In this document: positions 25,801-40,228 of the stretch, piece after piece
Layout: each line of letters begins with the position of its first letter
Numbering within the stretch: the stretch's first letter is position 1
From: Botryllus schlosseri
Taxonomy: Eukaryota
Reading direction: 5' to 3'
Length of the DNA stretch: 64,000 nucleotides
Assembly: GCA_051294905.1 (NCBI GenBank)
Contig: CM119376.1
Location: forward strand, 28,520,001-28,584,000
Program-made: the position numbers and the translations under genes
The notes under the pieces: model-generated
What the model was told of the DNA's origin: nothing
Database searches by the model: none
What the model saw: the letters and a program-made list of their open reading frames with translations, nothing else

Positions 25801-27927
25801 AAAGATGCTCGTTGGACTATCTCGACCTTATGTACATCTTTCACGATGTACGGATTCCTATACGGTCGCTATCGAATTTACGATTTCAAGTTTCGGACGA
25901 AGATAAGTGCTCAGCGGCCTTATACGTAAGGAGATATGTGCCACTGGTCACGGCTTCAGAACGAGGATGGTGGCCAGCGTATAAAATATTGGAGAATGTT
26001 TGGAGCATGTACATGTACAATCAGTAATCACAATGATATCTAAATCAGAAATTTCATTAGCACACGGAAAAATAGTTTCCCGAATATGGTACATATATAT
26101 GTGTCCCGTACTATATGCAAACAGAACGCTATTGTATACCCTATTTACTACACTGTTATAGACTTTACAAGGCAGAAGTTGATTGAATCTTCTATCTCGT
26201 TTTCTTATCTGGACCTCACATGTCTTAAGAAATATTCTGGGCAAAAATAAACAAAATCTCTTCGTCACTCGCCTGCCCGCCAACTCTATCAGCATCCGTC
26301 TTTCAAATTAATGTCCGAATGCGATGCAGATAACGCCGAAAATTAATGGCCTTCGACACAAACAACTAATTTGAGGCGGATGAACAAATTCAAAGTTTTT
26401 ATAGCAAATCCTTCCTTACAGGGACCGTTCGAAAGAAGTTACGAGAAGCGGAGGTCCCGAGATTATGCGAAGCATTTCAAGTATCGGGGTATGAAAGGTT
26501 TATCCTATTAGTTATAATTATTCAGGAATATAGAGTTCGTTAGTGTTTACCTTTGAAGTATGGTGATGTGATCCATCGCTCGTTACGCGAAGGCTACCGA
26601 CGGCATGGGAATATGCTATACCTCTGCGTACTCCGTTATAATTATCAGTTGAAATTTGGTTTAAGTAACTACACACATACAGTGCCGAGAAATTTCCACT
26701 GCATGTTTGGCGTTGATGGCATAATGACAATATCGAATACCTGGCTCATTCGAATTCGAATCGAGTAATAGGCTTCAAATCGATTCGAATATTCGAGCAT
26801 CACTCATAGTGAACGACGTGGAATGTTCGAATATGTACCTTTTATGCGACCATAAGGAAAATACTATAAATTCTACACCACACAAAGATAATGTGATATT
26901 TTTATCGTACCTTTTTCATTGCACTTTCTAAGAATGCTGAGAGTTGATCAAGAATTCACAATAATGCCATTTCCACTAACGTGGGTAGCTTAGCACTACA
27001 TGTTTTGTCATACGACCAATTCGGGTTAAAGGCTTCCATGTTGAAAAAACATCAAAACTATAATTATCGTTGATAATTATGTTATAACATAGCTATTTTA
27101 GAAAGGGGGTATAATTTAAGTACTCGAATTGTTGTAGCCAGCTTTATAGTAAGCTCTTGGTAATTGATTCGGCTGAAGTGGCCAAGAATAAATATTACAT
27201 GCCATCCTCTTGTGGCGGACCGGGGTATACCTATATATTGAAAGAATTTGCTAGGCAACAGAGATGTCATGACGAATAAAAGTAAGTGTTTAGTATGCTA
27301 AGCTATATACATTTAGTAGCAATCACAGTAAATGAGGTGTTAATCCAAGAAGCTTCGCAGACGTCGCTTTATAATCAATTATATGAATCATTGCCGCAAC
27401 GTCGTTACAGACGTTCATACATAACCATAGTGGTCGACACAATTTCGGGTTGAGAGTTAGCGCCTCTTATTTTGCCCAAAGCGTGGCGGCGATGAGATCA
27501 CGTCGCACTCCGTTACCCGCGTGGTGTAAACCAAAACTGCGGTGGTGCAATCTATGTAAAATTACCTGCAACGATACCCCATTATTTTCGCTTCACCCGA
27601 GCTGTATTCTAAATACAAGCTAATTGAGTCTATATTGAGTCGGCTGTAACAACAGCAGCTCTCGTGAATTAATGGGGTTAGGCTGTTGAAATCATTCACG
27701 CGAGCATCAGACCTAGTACATGGAGTATTGCCTGCATATTTACCTGCAACGTGTGGAGATAACAGATATCATATTGAGACCCTGACCCTGTCATTCCAGC
27801 TCATAGCCTAGATAATGAACTAGAATTAACAGGTTAAACTAAAACTTCATTGCGGTGCCGGTATATATAACAAATGAACAAATCCTACATTGCAATAACA
27901 AGAACACATAATAGCCTATGTATATAT

Positions 27928-28132
27928 TAGGACTGTTCAAAAATTAATATTTGACTGGCTACTTGATAAAATTGTTTAGTTGTCTGAAAAATCGATGCCC
28001 ATCAATTTTGGCTCAATTCTAACCAGTAGAAGCGATACTATTGATGTTCATTAGGATTTCAAGGGGTAGATCTATATAAAAAGAATTGAAGAATTAAAAG
28101 AAATTTAAAGAAGGTATTTTTGAACAGTCCTG
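27928..28132. mobile_element. 205-bp MITE related to the foldback element
   Basis: 17-bp TIR TAGGACTGTTCAAAAAT / ATTTTTGAACAGTCCTG; shares ACTGGCTACTTGATAAAATTGTT with the arm of 22194-22857; no clear TSD. Confidence 0.75.
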
Positions 28133-28616
28133 TTGTATAAACGCATGGCATAGCTTATACCTTGCGGTCGGCGGATTTGGTGTCGGATTGGGTGACGCTA
28201 TGTGTCGGTGGGCCTGGTGAAAATGGTGATCAATTGCAATATCGAACGTAATTAATGTGGTGACGTAAATACGATCTACGGAATGACATAATAAAGAACA
28301 AAACTGCTGACCGTTGTCCTACGATACAATGTTAATTCCATTATTATAGGATTACGTAACCTGAGTGGCTTATTTAGATTCGGGTTCAAGAATGATTTCA
28401 TAACATACCGATAACCGCCATGTTTCATATTATACGGATGTAAAATGAATATCATTTACATTTCACCTATATCGTCATACAGCAGTTCCATTGGTGTTGG
28501 TGTAATTTAATTGTGAATGAGCTCCCCATATAGGTACCACCAACTCTTACTATAAGCCGGAGGTGGGCAATTATTTTTTCCCGACGGTCCAATTAAGAAG
28601 CAAGAAATATCTTGTA

Positions 28617-28791
28617 TAGGGCGGAGCGGATCGACAAATTCTCTGGTCAGACTCCGATCCGGTTTTTCGATTCTCTGGTCCGGCTCCGACCGTATTAGGA
28701 AAAAGTACTGATCCAGCTCCGATCCGGTCCGGCCAAAATCGGGAAAATTCGGCTGGATAACCAATCCGGCTCCGTTCCATGCTCCGCACTA
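28617..28791. mobile_element. 175-bp TCCG/CCGG-repeat MITE
   Basis: TIR TAGGGCGGAGC / GCTCCGCACTA (10/11); no TSD match. Confidence 0.6.
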
Positions 28792-29016
28792 ATACCTCGG
28801 CGGGCCGAGCCGAAAGTTGAACGATTTTCTGCGGTGTATTATTAAATGAACTTGTTCGGACAAATTACAAAATTGCAAAGTGGTAAGCATGAACCGTTTC
28901 AAATTCTTTGCAAATCACACTAACCCCCAGACACCTCTTTCTATTAGGACACCAGGATGTATTTAAAACATAAATGATCATTCAGTGTCCATGCCTCCTC
29001 TTTACATGTCCTAGGC

Positions 29017-29128
29017 CAAGGGTGGTGTATGATGTCAAAGACTACTCCAAGTCGTTTCGACACCTTCCGATCTTTTCATTGTATCGCAATTTTTGTGATG
29101 CATTGAACTGATAAAATTGCTAATAAAC
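29017..29128 (+). repeat. Dispersed ~110-bp repeat, copy 2
   Basis: AAAGACTACTCCAAGTC core; matches 13195-13303 and 49131-49240. Confidence 0.75.
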
Positions 29129-32100
29129 CGAATGCGAATACGAGATATGTCTCATTATGATTGTCACACGGCCACGTTGGCCCGCGGGCCGCAGTTTGCC
29201 CAGCAGGTCTGCTATAAGCAATAAGCATTACACAAGGAAATAGACAAACTCGAACCGTATTCAAACATAATGATTATAACATTGTTACAATAGCTTTTTC
29301 AGCGTGGGATTTTAGCTTCACTCGATACCTTCATCAGAGATGCTTGTCAATGCAGCCAGTTTTTGTGGTTCTCAAGTAGAAGTAGCGGCAACGCCGCTAT
29401 TTTCTGCTCAATTACCAAAAGTAGTGATCTCAAACCTACTTTCAAGTGGAAGTACAAAATGGAGGTATGAAAAGTTCTCAAGTAAGTAGCATAAAAAGTA
29501 GATTTGGTCGAGGGATAGCATGCTTTCAGATGTGGCTCTGTTCGGTATTGCAGGTTGGATTTTTGCGACTTACGCAAAATGACTAACGGCACTGCATGTG
29601 CAATTTTGAACAATATATTCAGTTACCGTGACAAGGGCTATTTCGCGCACAGTTTGACGCATAATGCATAACGCATAATGCATGATGCAAAACATCTTCT
29701 GCTTTTCAAAATTTATAGTTTAAGAGGTAGTTCTGCCTAAAGCCTGACAAGTAAAGAAAAGGAAGTCGTCTGAAACAATAACCGCTTGAGTAATTAGTGA
29801 ATTTTGAAATCACCCACGCATACGTAAAGTACTAGTGGGAAACCGATCGTATACACTGTATACTATACAGTATCAGCGTGTTACCAGTAGTAGTGCATTG
29901 GAGTCATGATTTTATCGGATTTTGCAGGATGCATTCCTTTGCACCTGGCTATGTTCTAAATTCACTCATAATGCCACAATGGAACAATCGGAAATGATTT
30001 TGAGGATTCTTTCACTGACTGTAATCTAGTTCACAAACTATTTGAAATAATCGGAAAAGTTGAAGTAATTTGTTACCGACCCTTCTCGTATTCCAAGGCA
30101 GGGCGGACTTCATTCTTCAACGATCCAGTATTGACTCTGTTGACTTTTGTATTCACGAGGAGTTGAAATAAATATCAGCAGATTACTCAGCCTGTTAAGA
30201 TCAAAAATGGTCTTGATGACTACAAAATAGCTCACGCGATTCAGTGTATATTCACCCACTAACACACCCACCGTTTCATTCACCATCTTACAAGAGAGAC
30301 GAAGACTGTCAAATGTGATTATTCAAACGCACGCCCAGCTCACGTTCATTAATTGTGTACTGAAGTTCTGTACATACTCGAGTCTCGTCAAATTCATTAG
30401 CGTACGCTAATAGCTTTTATAAAGACTTACTATCGGTTGTTTACATAAAAAAAAAGCACAGCTGATGAGTAAAACTGTACGGTCTCGGTAGAATCCATGA
30501 CCCCCGTCTAAAGAGGTTGCGAAAATCAGCATAAGTTTTTAGTCGAGCACTCTTATCAGCGCTGGAACTTGAGAAATTCATTCCGGCGATTTTAACGTCG
30601 AAAACAAATGCGCAAAGTTTTGTCGGAGCGCAAAGTTTATGAATGAAAACTGAGACAGATTGTCTTTGCAAACGTACGGGCTCATGGGTGGCAGATAAGT
30701 TTGATTGGATTAGCTACTCAGCTTGTGCCGAGCTGGTGCGTCAGAAGAGGCTACACGCCATGTATTTTCCCTAAACAAATTATGACATCCAGCCCTGTCG
30801 ACACTATCGCTTTGTTGTCGCGCGCTACACCATGTAAAACCGGCAAGTCGGACTCAAAATCCCACAACAAAATATTTGACTTTTTGATACTCGTTGGCGG
30901 ATTGGCTTCTAGTAAGACACACTAATCGCTATATCCACCCATTTTCGAACGCCGTGAATACACAGTTTAATATCTTAAAGTAGCAACTCATTTCTTAAAT
31001 CAAGCCACAACATCTGACTCATAGTGTTACTATCTTAAGAAATACAAACTATATATTCAAAGAGGAATCTAATTCAACTTTCATGTTACTCACGCCATCT
31101 GACGTCATATAGTACTTCAGGTCAGCTACAAATATTCCTTTTAGCTAAATATATCAGTAACTTCATTGACAAATTTTCCAATTAGAATATTTTGATTTCT
31201 GAAGCTGGTTCAGGTCCTTTTCATTATTATCATGAAAGGGATAAAAGCGACTTGTCTTTTACTCTGAAAATGTATTTTTTAGACGCAATTACATTTAGGC
31301 TATGTTTCCTGGAGTAACTTTAGGACTGGCAAATAATTTATGATATTCACAAGGGAAGATTATTTCATATCATTCTATATTCAATAAAAGCGCTCCCGCC
31401 TCCCTTATGTCATGCTGGTCATAGCGCGAATGTTATATTTTATCACCATGGATTCTGATCATAATTTCCCTCTGGTGAAGTGACTGTTTTACACAAGCAG
31501 ATAGACTTTCTAATTTTCAACCATTGATAAGCAATAAGCCATCGGTGGCATGAAATGGAACAGTGAAGAAAAAATAAAATTCATATCTAATGTAAAAATA
31601 TGTGTGAATTCATAACAGCATTGTTTGGAAAAATCGCGTCTCCGTAATAATCGATGAATAAACATTTCGTCAGGATCGAAGAGAAATTTGAGACAGATTT
31701 CTCTTCCATTTTATAGAGAAACAGTTTTTCTAGCTGCGATATGAATAGCTGATCTTACTTCTCATCAGTAGAATGTTTAAAAGCAAAGCAACATGCAGTA
31801 AACAAGTTTCTGGTGTCGAATGTCGGATAAGCTTCGGGCTGCGCGGTATTCTTTTCGCTTTGACAAGGTTAATGGCATTTACTCAATATATCGTATGAAA
31901 AGTCAGTCATGTAGAGTCGGTCGTTTGGAATCGAAAACTCTAGATCAGAAGCAAGATATGGGAGTACCCGCGTAGGCGTTGTTTGTGTCGAAACATTTGA
32001 CCAAATCAACGATGAAGGGAGGGCTTGAGTAGAAATTTCCTCTGGTCTGAAGACTACGATTTTCTCGCCGTCACAGGTGGAAAGGTTTTAACCCGGCACG

Positions 32101-33446
32101 ATTCCCAGCAACGCGCAACTGTGTTGCTAACTTTCCCATGACTATTGCAGCAATCATTCACACACGATTCGCTTCAGTATTGTGGGATATACGGTACGTG
32201 CCTGGCGTGGGCTGATGGTGAAACAAATAGCTCTTGAATGTGTAACGACCCTGTACCTTAATTGAACTGTCAGGGATCAGCGTTATAACACCCGAACTCA
32301 CAGAATTGTATTGGTATGTTCAACTTCTATCAATCAGATTCGTATTTTAGCTTCATAAAAGGTTCCACTATCAGCGCAGCGAGCCGATAACACACCTCCC
32401 GACTTTACCCTTTGTCAGCACATAAATCTGACCTTCAACCTGAACGTGGTTCCTCGATTATTTCCTATTCAAAGTATTCTATACACGCTTTCCTGTCAAT
32501 TCCGGTTGCACTTCACAATTTCTGACCGTGGAAGTTCATTTCTCGCAACGCTAATATCAGATATGTCATGCTCACTTGATAACTTACACCAGGTTATCAC
32601 TAGATCCGCGTAATCTACTGTGCCATATGCGTTTCCCATATTTTCAGCGGCATGCTTCATTAGAATTTCGAAAAGCTTACCTACCACTGTGGTCCGAGCA
32701 TAGGCGTTAAAGAGATCTATTTTTTACAATCCATATAAGGTCTCAAACTTCAGGCTTCCGTATTCTGCCCATTCACAAGCCCAGATATCATAATATTCTT
32801 TCACTGCTACCATTGATGTGATCCGTATCCCTGTACACAGAGGCAGACAAAATCCTTCACGTCTAATATATTTCAACCAGAATGATATGCCTGTCTCTGG
32901 TAAAAAATTGTGCTTGTATGGGAGAGATGCGGTTACGATGACACACTTGGACAGAAAGCACTTGAATAGTTATCTACGATAAACCAATCGTTCCCCTCAC
33001 GCACAATTAGCGCAGACTTGAGCGGGTCTGCGACAAAAAAAATTATTTAAGTGTCGCACTTGCATCATGTTATATACGGGAAATATATTTACGCATTTTT
33101 ATTATTTTTTATTTTTTACTACTACCCTTGACTTGAGCTCTTTCATTTCCATTATAAATATCATTGAATATAGATAACAATCACGCACCATATAAATGAT
33201 TAAAGCAAAGAATTTTAACCAACTAAATTAATACTGTAAAAACAAAACAAAATTAATACTTTAAAACAGAGAGGCTGTGCCTATCATATTAATCTGTGAT
33301 ATCTTATCGTTATAATGAACCATTTGGGGTTCATAATGTGCAATCTCGAGTTACCAGTATCCAATCATTAATAGGTCCTGCACTGTTAGTCGTGGGGAAT
33401 GGGTATATGGAGTGTAACATAAATAGTAACGGCATAATTTAATGAC

Positions 33447-34309
33447 TAGGGAAATTTTTTTGACATGTCAAAAAAGTCAAAATTAGATCAAGGTTTAGCG
33501 TTAGGTCAAAAAATGTCAAAATTGTAAACAAAGTCAAATTTTTTGCACAACCTGCTTTTCGTTTGTATCGTAGATTTTGCACTGTCGAAGAACTTATCAT
33601 TTGACATGTTACAGCTTGTAGCCTACTTTATAGGCCTACCGTTGTCTGTTCATTGCGAATCATGAACAATCAAATAAAACAAATTGGTTGACATGGTGTT
33701 ATGCTCAACGTACCGCAAAATCCTAACTGAAGCAATACTGCGGGGGCATTGCATGGTTCTTATATCAAGAAGCGCATTATGAAAAATTGTGATGTAGACA
33801 CCATTGTCAGAATGAAGCAACACGGTGTGTCACCAGCAGTGTACGCACGCACAACTTCATTGTTTTCAGCCAACAACTGCTACTGTTGAATGTTCTTTCT
33901 CCATTTTTGGCGAGCTACTTAGTAAGGGCATACACTTTCTGCCCGATAATGTAGGAAAGTATCTTTCGTTGTACTACAACAGATTTTAATTATTTCTATC
34001 AGAATAAGTGATGTAACTGCTGGAATTCTTCCTAGGGTGAGATTACGTAAAAATCGAGTTTTTTCATGAAATAATTTGTCAGTTTTGAGTCAAAAAAGTA
34101 TTTTTAGACCGAACTTTTTCTTAAGGACAGAGACACTTCGAACCAGAAATGAAGATAAGATAAATAAGATATTATGTGGTAAAACACCTAATTTGCATAC
34201 GCTAGGTCCAAATTTGGTCAATATTAAGTTTTTTAAGGTCAAAAAATGTCCAAATTTTGATTTTTTTTTTAGGTCAAAATCTTCCATTTTTAGGTCAAAA
34301 ATTGCCCTA
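33447..34309. mobile_element. Older hAT-type element, 863 bp, with GTCAAAA subterminal repeats
   Basis: TIR TAGGGAAATTTT.. / ..AAAAATTGCCCTA; degenerate TSD TTAATGAC vs GTAATTAC (6/8). Confidence 0.7.
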
Positions 34310-37300
34310 GTAATTACATAATAAAAACGTCGCGGCCATTTTATGACTTTGTAAGTTTTAAAATGCATCACTCTCATACGCTGAATACCTTTGGAAACGA
34401 ATGAAGTCTTCCATCGGTATATGGGAAATATTGATGTACCATTAAATGTTTTAACTTTGAACTTGAATCGAAATGTCATTTTATGTCAACATTCGAGTTA
34501 CTAGTCTTTCCATTTCTTGACGGTAGCAGTTAAACATTATTATATTTCGGTTACTGCAGCTTAGATATATCAGCAGAGCGTTATAATATTTAGGCGTATG
34601 TTCCACCATTCCCCATCATGTCATGTGTCTTTGTGCTCATCGAGGGGTGCGATGATTCGTTTGACAAATGATTTTGAAGCGTTCATAGATATTTCTTGAG
34701 TAGGCGGAGATTCCTGAATATGTTCAGGTTATAGGTAGCGCTTGCACCAAATATGATCATTTCTCCGCTATTGATCGCAATATCATATGCCCTTTATGTA
34801 TTATGGTACGCTAAAAATTCTATGCGCACAGTTATCGATAATTTACAAAGCTATACGACAAAATCAAAGGACATTTATAGGGGTGATGTTACATAAATCG
34901 GTTCCTCTCGAACGAATTTCCATTACACCAACGATAAATCTGAGCCTGTCGTAAAGACTAAACCTACAATTTACCTTAAATGAGATTATCGCCCATTGTG
35001 GAGCTGATGATTTCACACAGTAATTTTCAAATCATTTCTCATTGAATCTGAATTTCAAAGTGTTTATAGCGGATCTCTTTTAAAGCTGGATAAAGGGGTG
35101 ATTCTGTTCGTTCGTTATACGTTTTGAAACCTGCAGCGGGGCATATACGATAACTTATCGTATACGCTAAGAGTATACAGTTAATAGGATTCGTTTCCGC
35201 TTTAAATATACATATAACACCCAGAACAGTCAGTATAATGACTCTACATTGATAGTTCACAGTTCGGCTATAGCCATTGATAAAAAGAGATTTAGTGATC
35301 ACGAGAAAGTCAGAGAGAAATTGTTTATTCGCAATCAGTTGAAGATATATTTATGGTCGGCCTATTTAGTGACGAGCAGGCAGGGTATAGCCAATCCATG
35401 TACGATTCAAAGATTTACAAGTCAGCGCCCATGCACGGGGATACTAAAAACTCACTAAGCATGAACTTCTACCTCACTGCGTATCATTCGCCAAATATCG
35501 AGTAAATATAAGTTCCACAACCGCAATATTCAAAATGTCACTCGTACGTACGTAGATATGCACTGACCGACAGACAAAGATGCACAGTTATTAGGTACAT
35601 CCCATAGTCATATGCTATAGTGCACAACAAAGTATTACGCAGAATGGAATCGAATCCGTGCAATTCTTTCCCTGATTTTGCAATGACATGTCCATCAAAT
35701 TTTCTTAATTCTGACATCTGACATAGTGGAAGTTTGACTTGTCAGTTACTCGAAGCATACGACCACAAGCGCAATCTCAACCATCGCATTATACTGAATA
35801 TGTAATAACTAACCATTAACCATTTCACTATCCAACTTGTTGTGTTGAGTATCTATATCATTTTATTGTACTAGCTACCGGTTACTGTCCAAACACCTTT
35901 TTTAAATATAATAAAGCTTCTTAGTTTTCACCAAAGTTATCGGTAGGCCATTGTTATTTCAATTTTTTTCAAATGGAGCCAAGGTGTAAAAAAGGTTGGG
36001 AACCCCTGTAATATAGACAAGGATGAAATGTGATCTCATTAGAAATGGGTGTGTCATAAATTTTGATGACCAGAATATCCAGATGACTCGCGTGACATTC
36101 CAAACGTGCTCTTCACTGCTGTAAAAGCATTGAACTTCTATTCGATTTATGCTGTCCTTGTAGCTCCTCTTTTGTATCGATGTTCAGCTAATCTGTAGAT
36201 TGCATGGTTAGAAAGGGAATCGTGGTCGTTCTTCATGCTGTAAGGGTTTCGAGTGACGTATTAACGTAGTTTTGGATCATGTTTCGTGGGGCCCACTACT
36301 GCTGTATCAGATGACGGGCGACGGTATTCACGTGCAGTAGATGAAACGCACCGATGAAATGTTATATCATTGGTTTTAACCGCTTGCATGCTTTCTTCCT
36401 TTATATCTTTGCCGACTAAATGACTTAATCTGTCGCTAAGCTTTCATTAGGTTCTTGGTCCCGTCGGGAATTTTGTTACTAAATAAGATCTCTTAGACGC
36501 CGCAAATACCTTTTACTATCACAATATGATCTGCCATGTTTTGTCAACACTGTCGTCGCGAAATGGTAGGACATGAAAGCAAATTAGAGATTCCTGTTTT
36601 GATCCAGTGCGGCGCTGTCATCGTGCGCGCCAAAAATGGAGGACAAAACGAAACATGGCTTCTAACATTACCAATTTCTTGTAGAGTACTTACCACAGGA
36701 CACCGACACTCCGAGGTCTTCATTATCTAACGCGCTTTGACTAAGAGTTGTTTGTTTTCTTAAGGCGGCCGGGCGAAAGCATGTCGTGTTTTGCGCGTTC
36801 AACATGTCACAAAGTGGTTCGAACTTGCCACCGAACAGTCATGTCACACAATTGATGACTTGATGATTTCTACGGTATACAAACATTGAAGATGCGTTTG
36901 CGGTTTGTTATGGAAGCCCACGCACTGTACCGTACTTGCTGGTGTTCATGGCCGCGTGCCTCATGTGTGATTCAGCTGTCAGACATATATGGTGGGAGGT
37001 TCTGCAATTATGCTATAGTTTCCAAACTTGTGTCATGGATAATACTTGACAAATGTGAAATACTTTTCTGATAGTATTTCTGAAGTGCTATACGTTGAAA
37101 CCGCGGTACTTGCCAGCTATCTCGGTTTATTGGCATGAGCAGCCGGTTCATCAATGAGCACTTTTACCCACGATCTCGCAGAGAAATAACTCAATACTAT
37201 ACCGAAGAACTGAGTCTGAAAACATTGATGCTATGTTATAGCAAAATGGACTTCGAGATGAAAATATAATCACAGACACATTTTGCATAGCTGATTTCAC

Positions 37301-40209
37301 CAGTGTTCCGCTATAAGTTTAATCATCGTTTCAAATACTTTTATCGGTACTAGCTACTAAACAAATTTCCCTTAGTAGTTTTGTGGCCTACCGCCATACT
37401 GTTATCGAAATTTGCGCCAAGACTATATTTGCAGTTGATGTACTAACGGGTATTCGTGTCCGCATGCAAGGTACCATCGGACCTTATTGCACAAAGTAAT
37501 CCCTTCTCTCGAGCGGCAAAAAGCCGGAAAAGATTATAATTCTGAATGCCGTCCGAAGTCTCGATGTTATGGGATCGATTTGCAGTTTGATTGCCCGAGT
37601 GAATATCTTCACACTTTCTCACAGAACTTATGAAATCTATAATCAGTACGAACCGCTTCAACATTTGAAACATCTTCCCAAGCCGCGTCTCAGGTTGCGC
37701 GATCTTTAAAACAAACAACGCTGAAAGAAGCTGCTCATTAACATCAAATCGACCGTGCGAGCAAGTTGGTTCTACCTTGATGACATTGCTCACGCTCCCA
37801 TAGCATAAACGCGGGGGCAAGTTACCCGGATGATTCCTGATTAGTCGGTATGCGTTAGCTTCAAATTGGCGTTAAATTGGACATAGGTCTCGCACGATGC
37901 TGCACATCGGTCGGGCACATTCACATCGAATCCACGTGCTCACAAATTGCGCACTATAAATTTATAATTTGCCGGGTAATTCAAATAAATGATATCGAGA
38001 GATATCGGACGGCGGGTCATTAACATATTCTCGCCTCGATATGGAAACCTTGTTAGATATTTTATTTTTCTAATGAGCCATGAAATAACGTAGAACTTTA
38101 GGGAAGTGTGCACACACCGACATCGCTATGTATACTCGAGGTATATTTTATATTGTCAGAGATAATGCGAATGCACTTTGTCTCGATCCGAATCAAGATG
38201 ATAAATTATGGGTTTGATATGATGATGTCAGTTCGTTCTTGTTGTTGTTTATTGAACAAATTACATGTGCTTGTTGATCTTTCGCGCCACATTATTGGAA
38301 TTAATCGGAAGTTGTGAAAGGATTTTTATATCAGGTGTTGTTGTTTAACCAACCCAAGAGATGGGCCGATTTTGAATAAATATCGGATGAAAAAATTCCC
38401 GCCTACTGAGATATATTTTTAGCTATCCGCCTTCAAGGTTTCAGGAGGAGAATTAGGAACAAAATCTTCCCTGGCATAAAATTTCACAAGCACGGGAAGG
38501 CAGATTTTAAAGTTATCACGACTGTGCCCGAGAGTGACAAAGTGGTACATGACCCGATTCTATTTTAAGCATCGTGACGTCATTTGTATGCTACTCGGAC
38601 TTATATCTGTGACATCACTTCATTGCTGAATATTACTTTGTCATCCCAAATTTGTCTTCTGGTAATATGAAAGTGTGGTGTATTCGATGATTACTTGGTA
38701 CTTTCAGCAGTTCTCTCCGTATGCAATCATATTTTCGAATCAGATCGATTGGTCAGCTCTAGAGAATGCTTATAAGGAAATTAACGACCACTTTATAAAA
38801 GTGTAAATGAGGCAAAAAAAGGAAAACCGTTAGCCGAACGTCTAAACACATACCCGACTGATACAGCAAGTCAATCTGATTTGAAGTACATATTCCCTAA
38901 AAGTTTTTGTTCAGTGTTTAAATTATGTTTTAATAGTTTCGTTCTTTTAACACTGTTGTTGATGCACATTTCATTTTGTGCTATATGTGTAATGTGATGG
39001 ATTAAGTTCTTGCAAATCGGCGACAATTTGGAATTCGCTGAAGGCAGGCAGATTAGAGCAAGGTTTTTCTAGGATAGTACAGCTTACAAACCACTGTCCT
39101 GGTGGAATCCTTCTTCAGTCACTTGGCCACGTATAGAGGACGTTTCTTTATAGGTACAGACCTCTTAGTTTAGTAATTTCGTTCACCCCTTGATTGAAGA
39201 ATAGATTTCATGCTAACCCAGGTACAGTGTATGGCATGGTGTTGAGGCAGCACATAGCAGTGTTCGCTAATAAATCAAGTCTCCACTTGCAAATATTCTC
39301 AAATCTTGGAGTATCGGTTTGGAAACGTGATCGAATTACGCGGTAACTATTTTAGAAACGCGCCCCGTTTTGAGATGCGAGTATGAACCTGACATCAATC
39401 TCTGCAATGCGGGTCAGTATATACAAGAACACAATGCGACAGCGTATACATTGGTTACGTTACACGTCCTGCGTTGTTTATTCGAAATCTCTACAGCTTA
39501 ATCGTTATGATTGCATACTGCGTTTTATGGATTATCTTCGAAACACTGAACTAGATTCAACCGCAACAAATCGCTAATTGTCCACAAGCTTTCTGTAGTT
39601 TCCGAATGGGAGAATCTAGGTGAATTGCGTTGTTTACCTTTGGGAATTGACCGAAACCGTTGAAATACGCAGTACAGTTGCATGTATCGAACTAAGCAGA
39701 TTCCCACAGGGGTAACCAGGAAAGAAAAGTCGGTCGTTGATGGTGAACCAGGAGAGAAGTTTGGCGTTATCCACTCTGATAACTTAGTGATGACGCGAGC
39801 TAACTGTATTCCAATGACTGGGACCGCAGGCCTTTTATTGCGGTCAAAACAGTAAGAGAGGAAGTCATAAATCCCAACGGGCCCACACTGGATAACTTCG
39901 TGTATATACAAATCAGGAATTCGATGACTGTACCATAAGAGCAGTGGATTTATGATACGCGAATCACGCGCATTAAAGTGTGGTCAATTGTGACTGGTGA
40001 AGTCTCTGAAAATAACTCTTATCCCCTCAATGAGTATGGCGAAATTGAGCGTGTCAATTTGACACTGTCACGCTTCCACGAAGTACAACTTTGCTACAGA
40101 AGCGACTGTTTGGGCAGTGTACCCTCGATAAGTGCATACGTGTATCTTGTACATATGTAGAAATCACTACCGTGAGAGGTAGAATCAACGGACGTAACGA
40201 TATCTTGGG

Positions 40210-40228
40210 AATCGCCCTCTAGCGGCTG
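40210..40228 (-). promoter_or_regulatory. Candidate CTCF-binding motif
   Basis: Minus strand CAGCCGCTAGAGGGCGATT fits the CTCF core CC(A/G)C(C/T)AG(A/G)(G/T)GGC(A/G); about 1.8 kb upstream of the Six1/2 ATG; motif match only. Confidence 0.45.

Noticed and set aside
39525-39911. 128-aa minus-strand ORF upstream of Six1/2
   Set aside because: No recognisable domain or splice context; length is within chance range.
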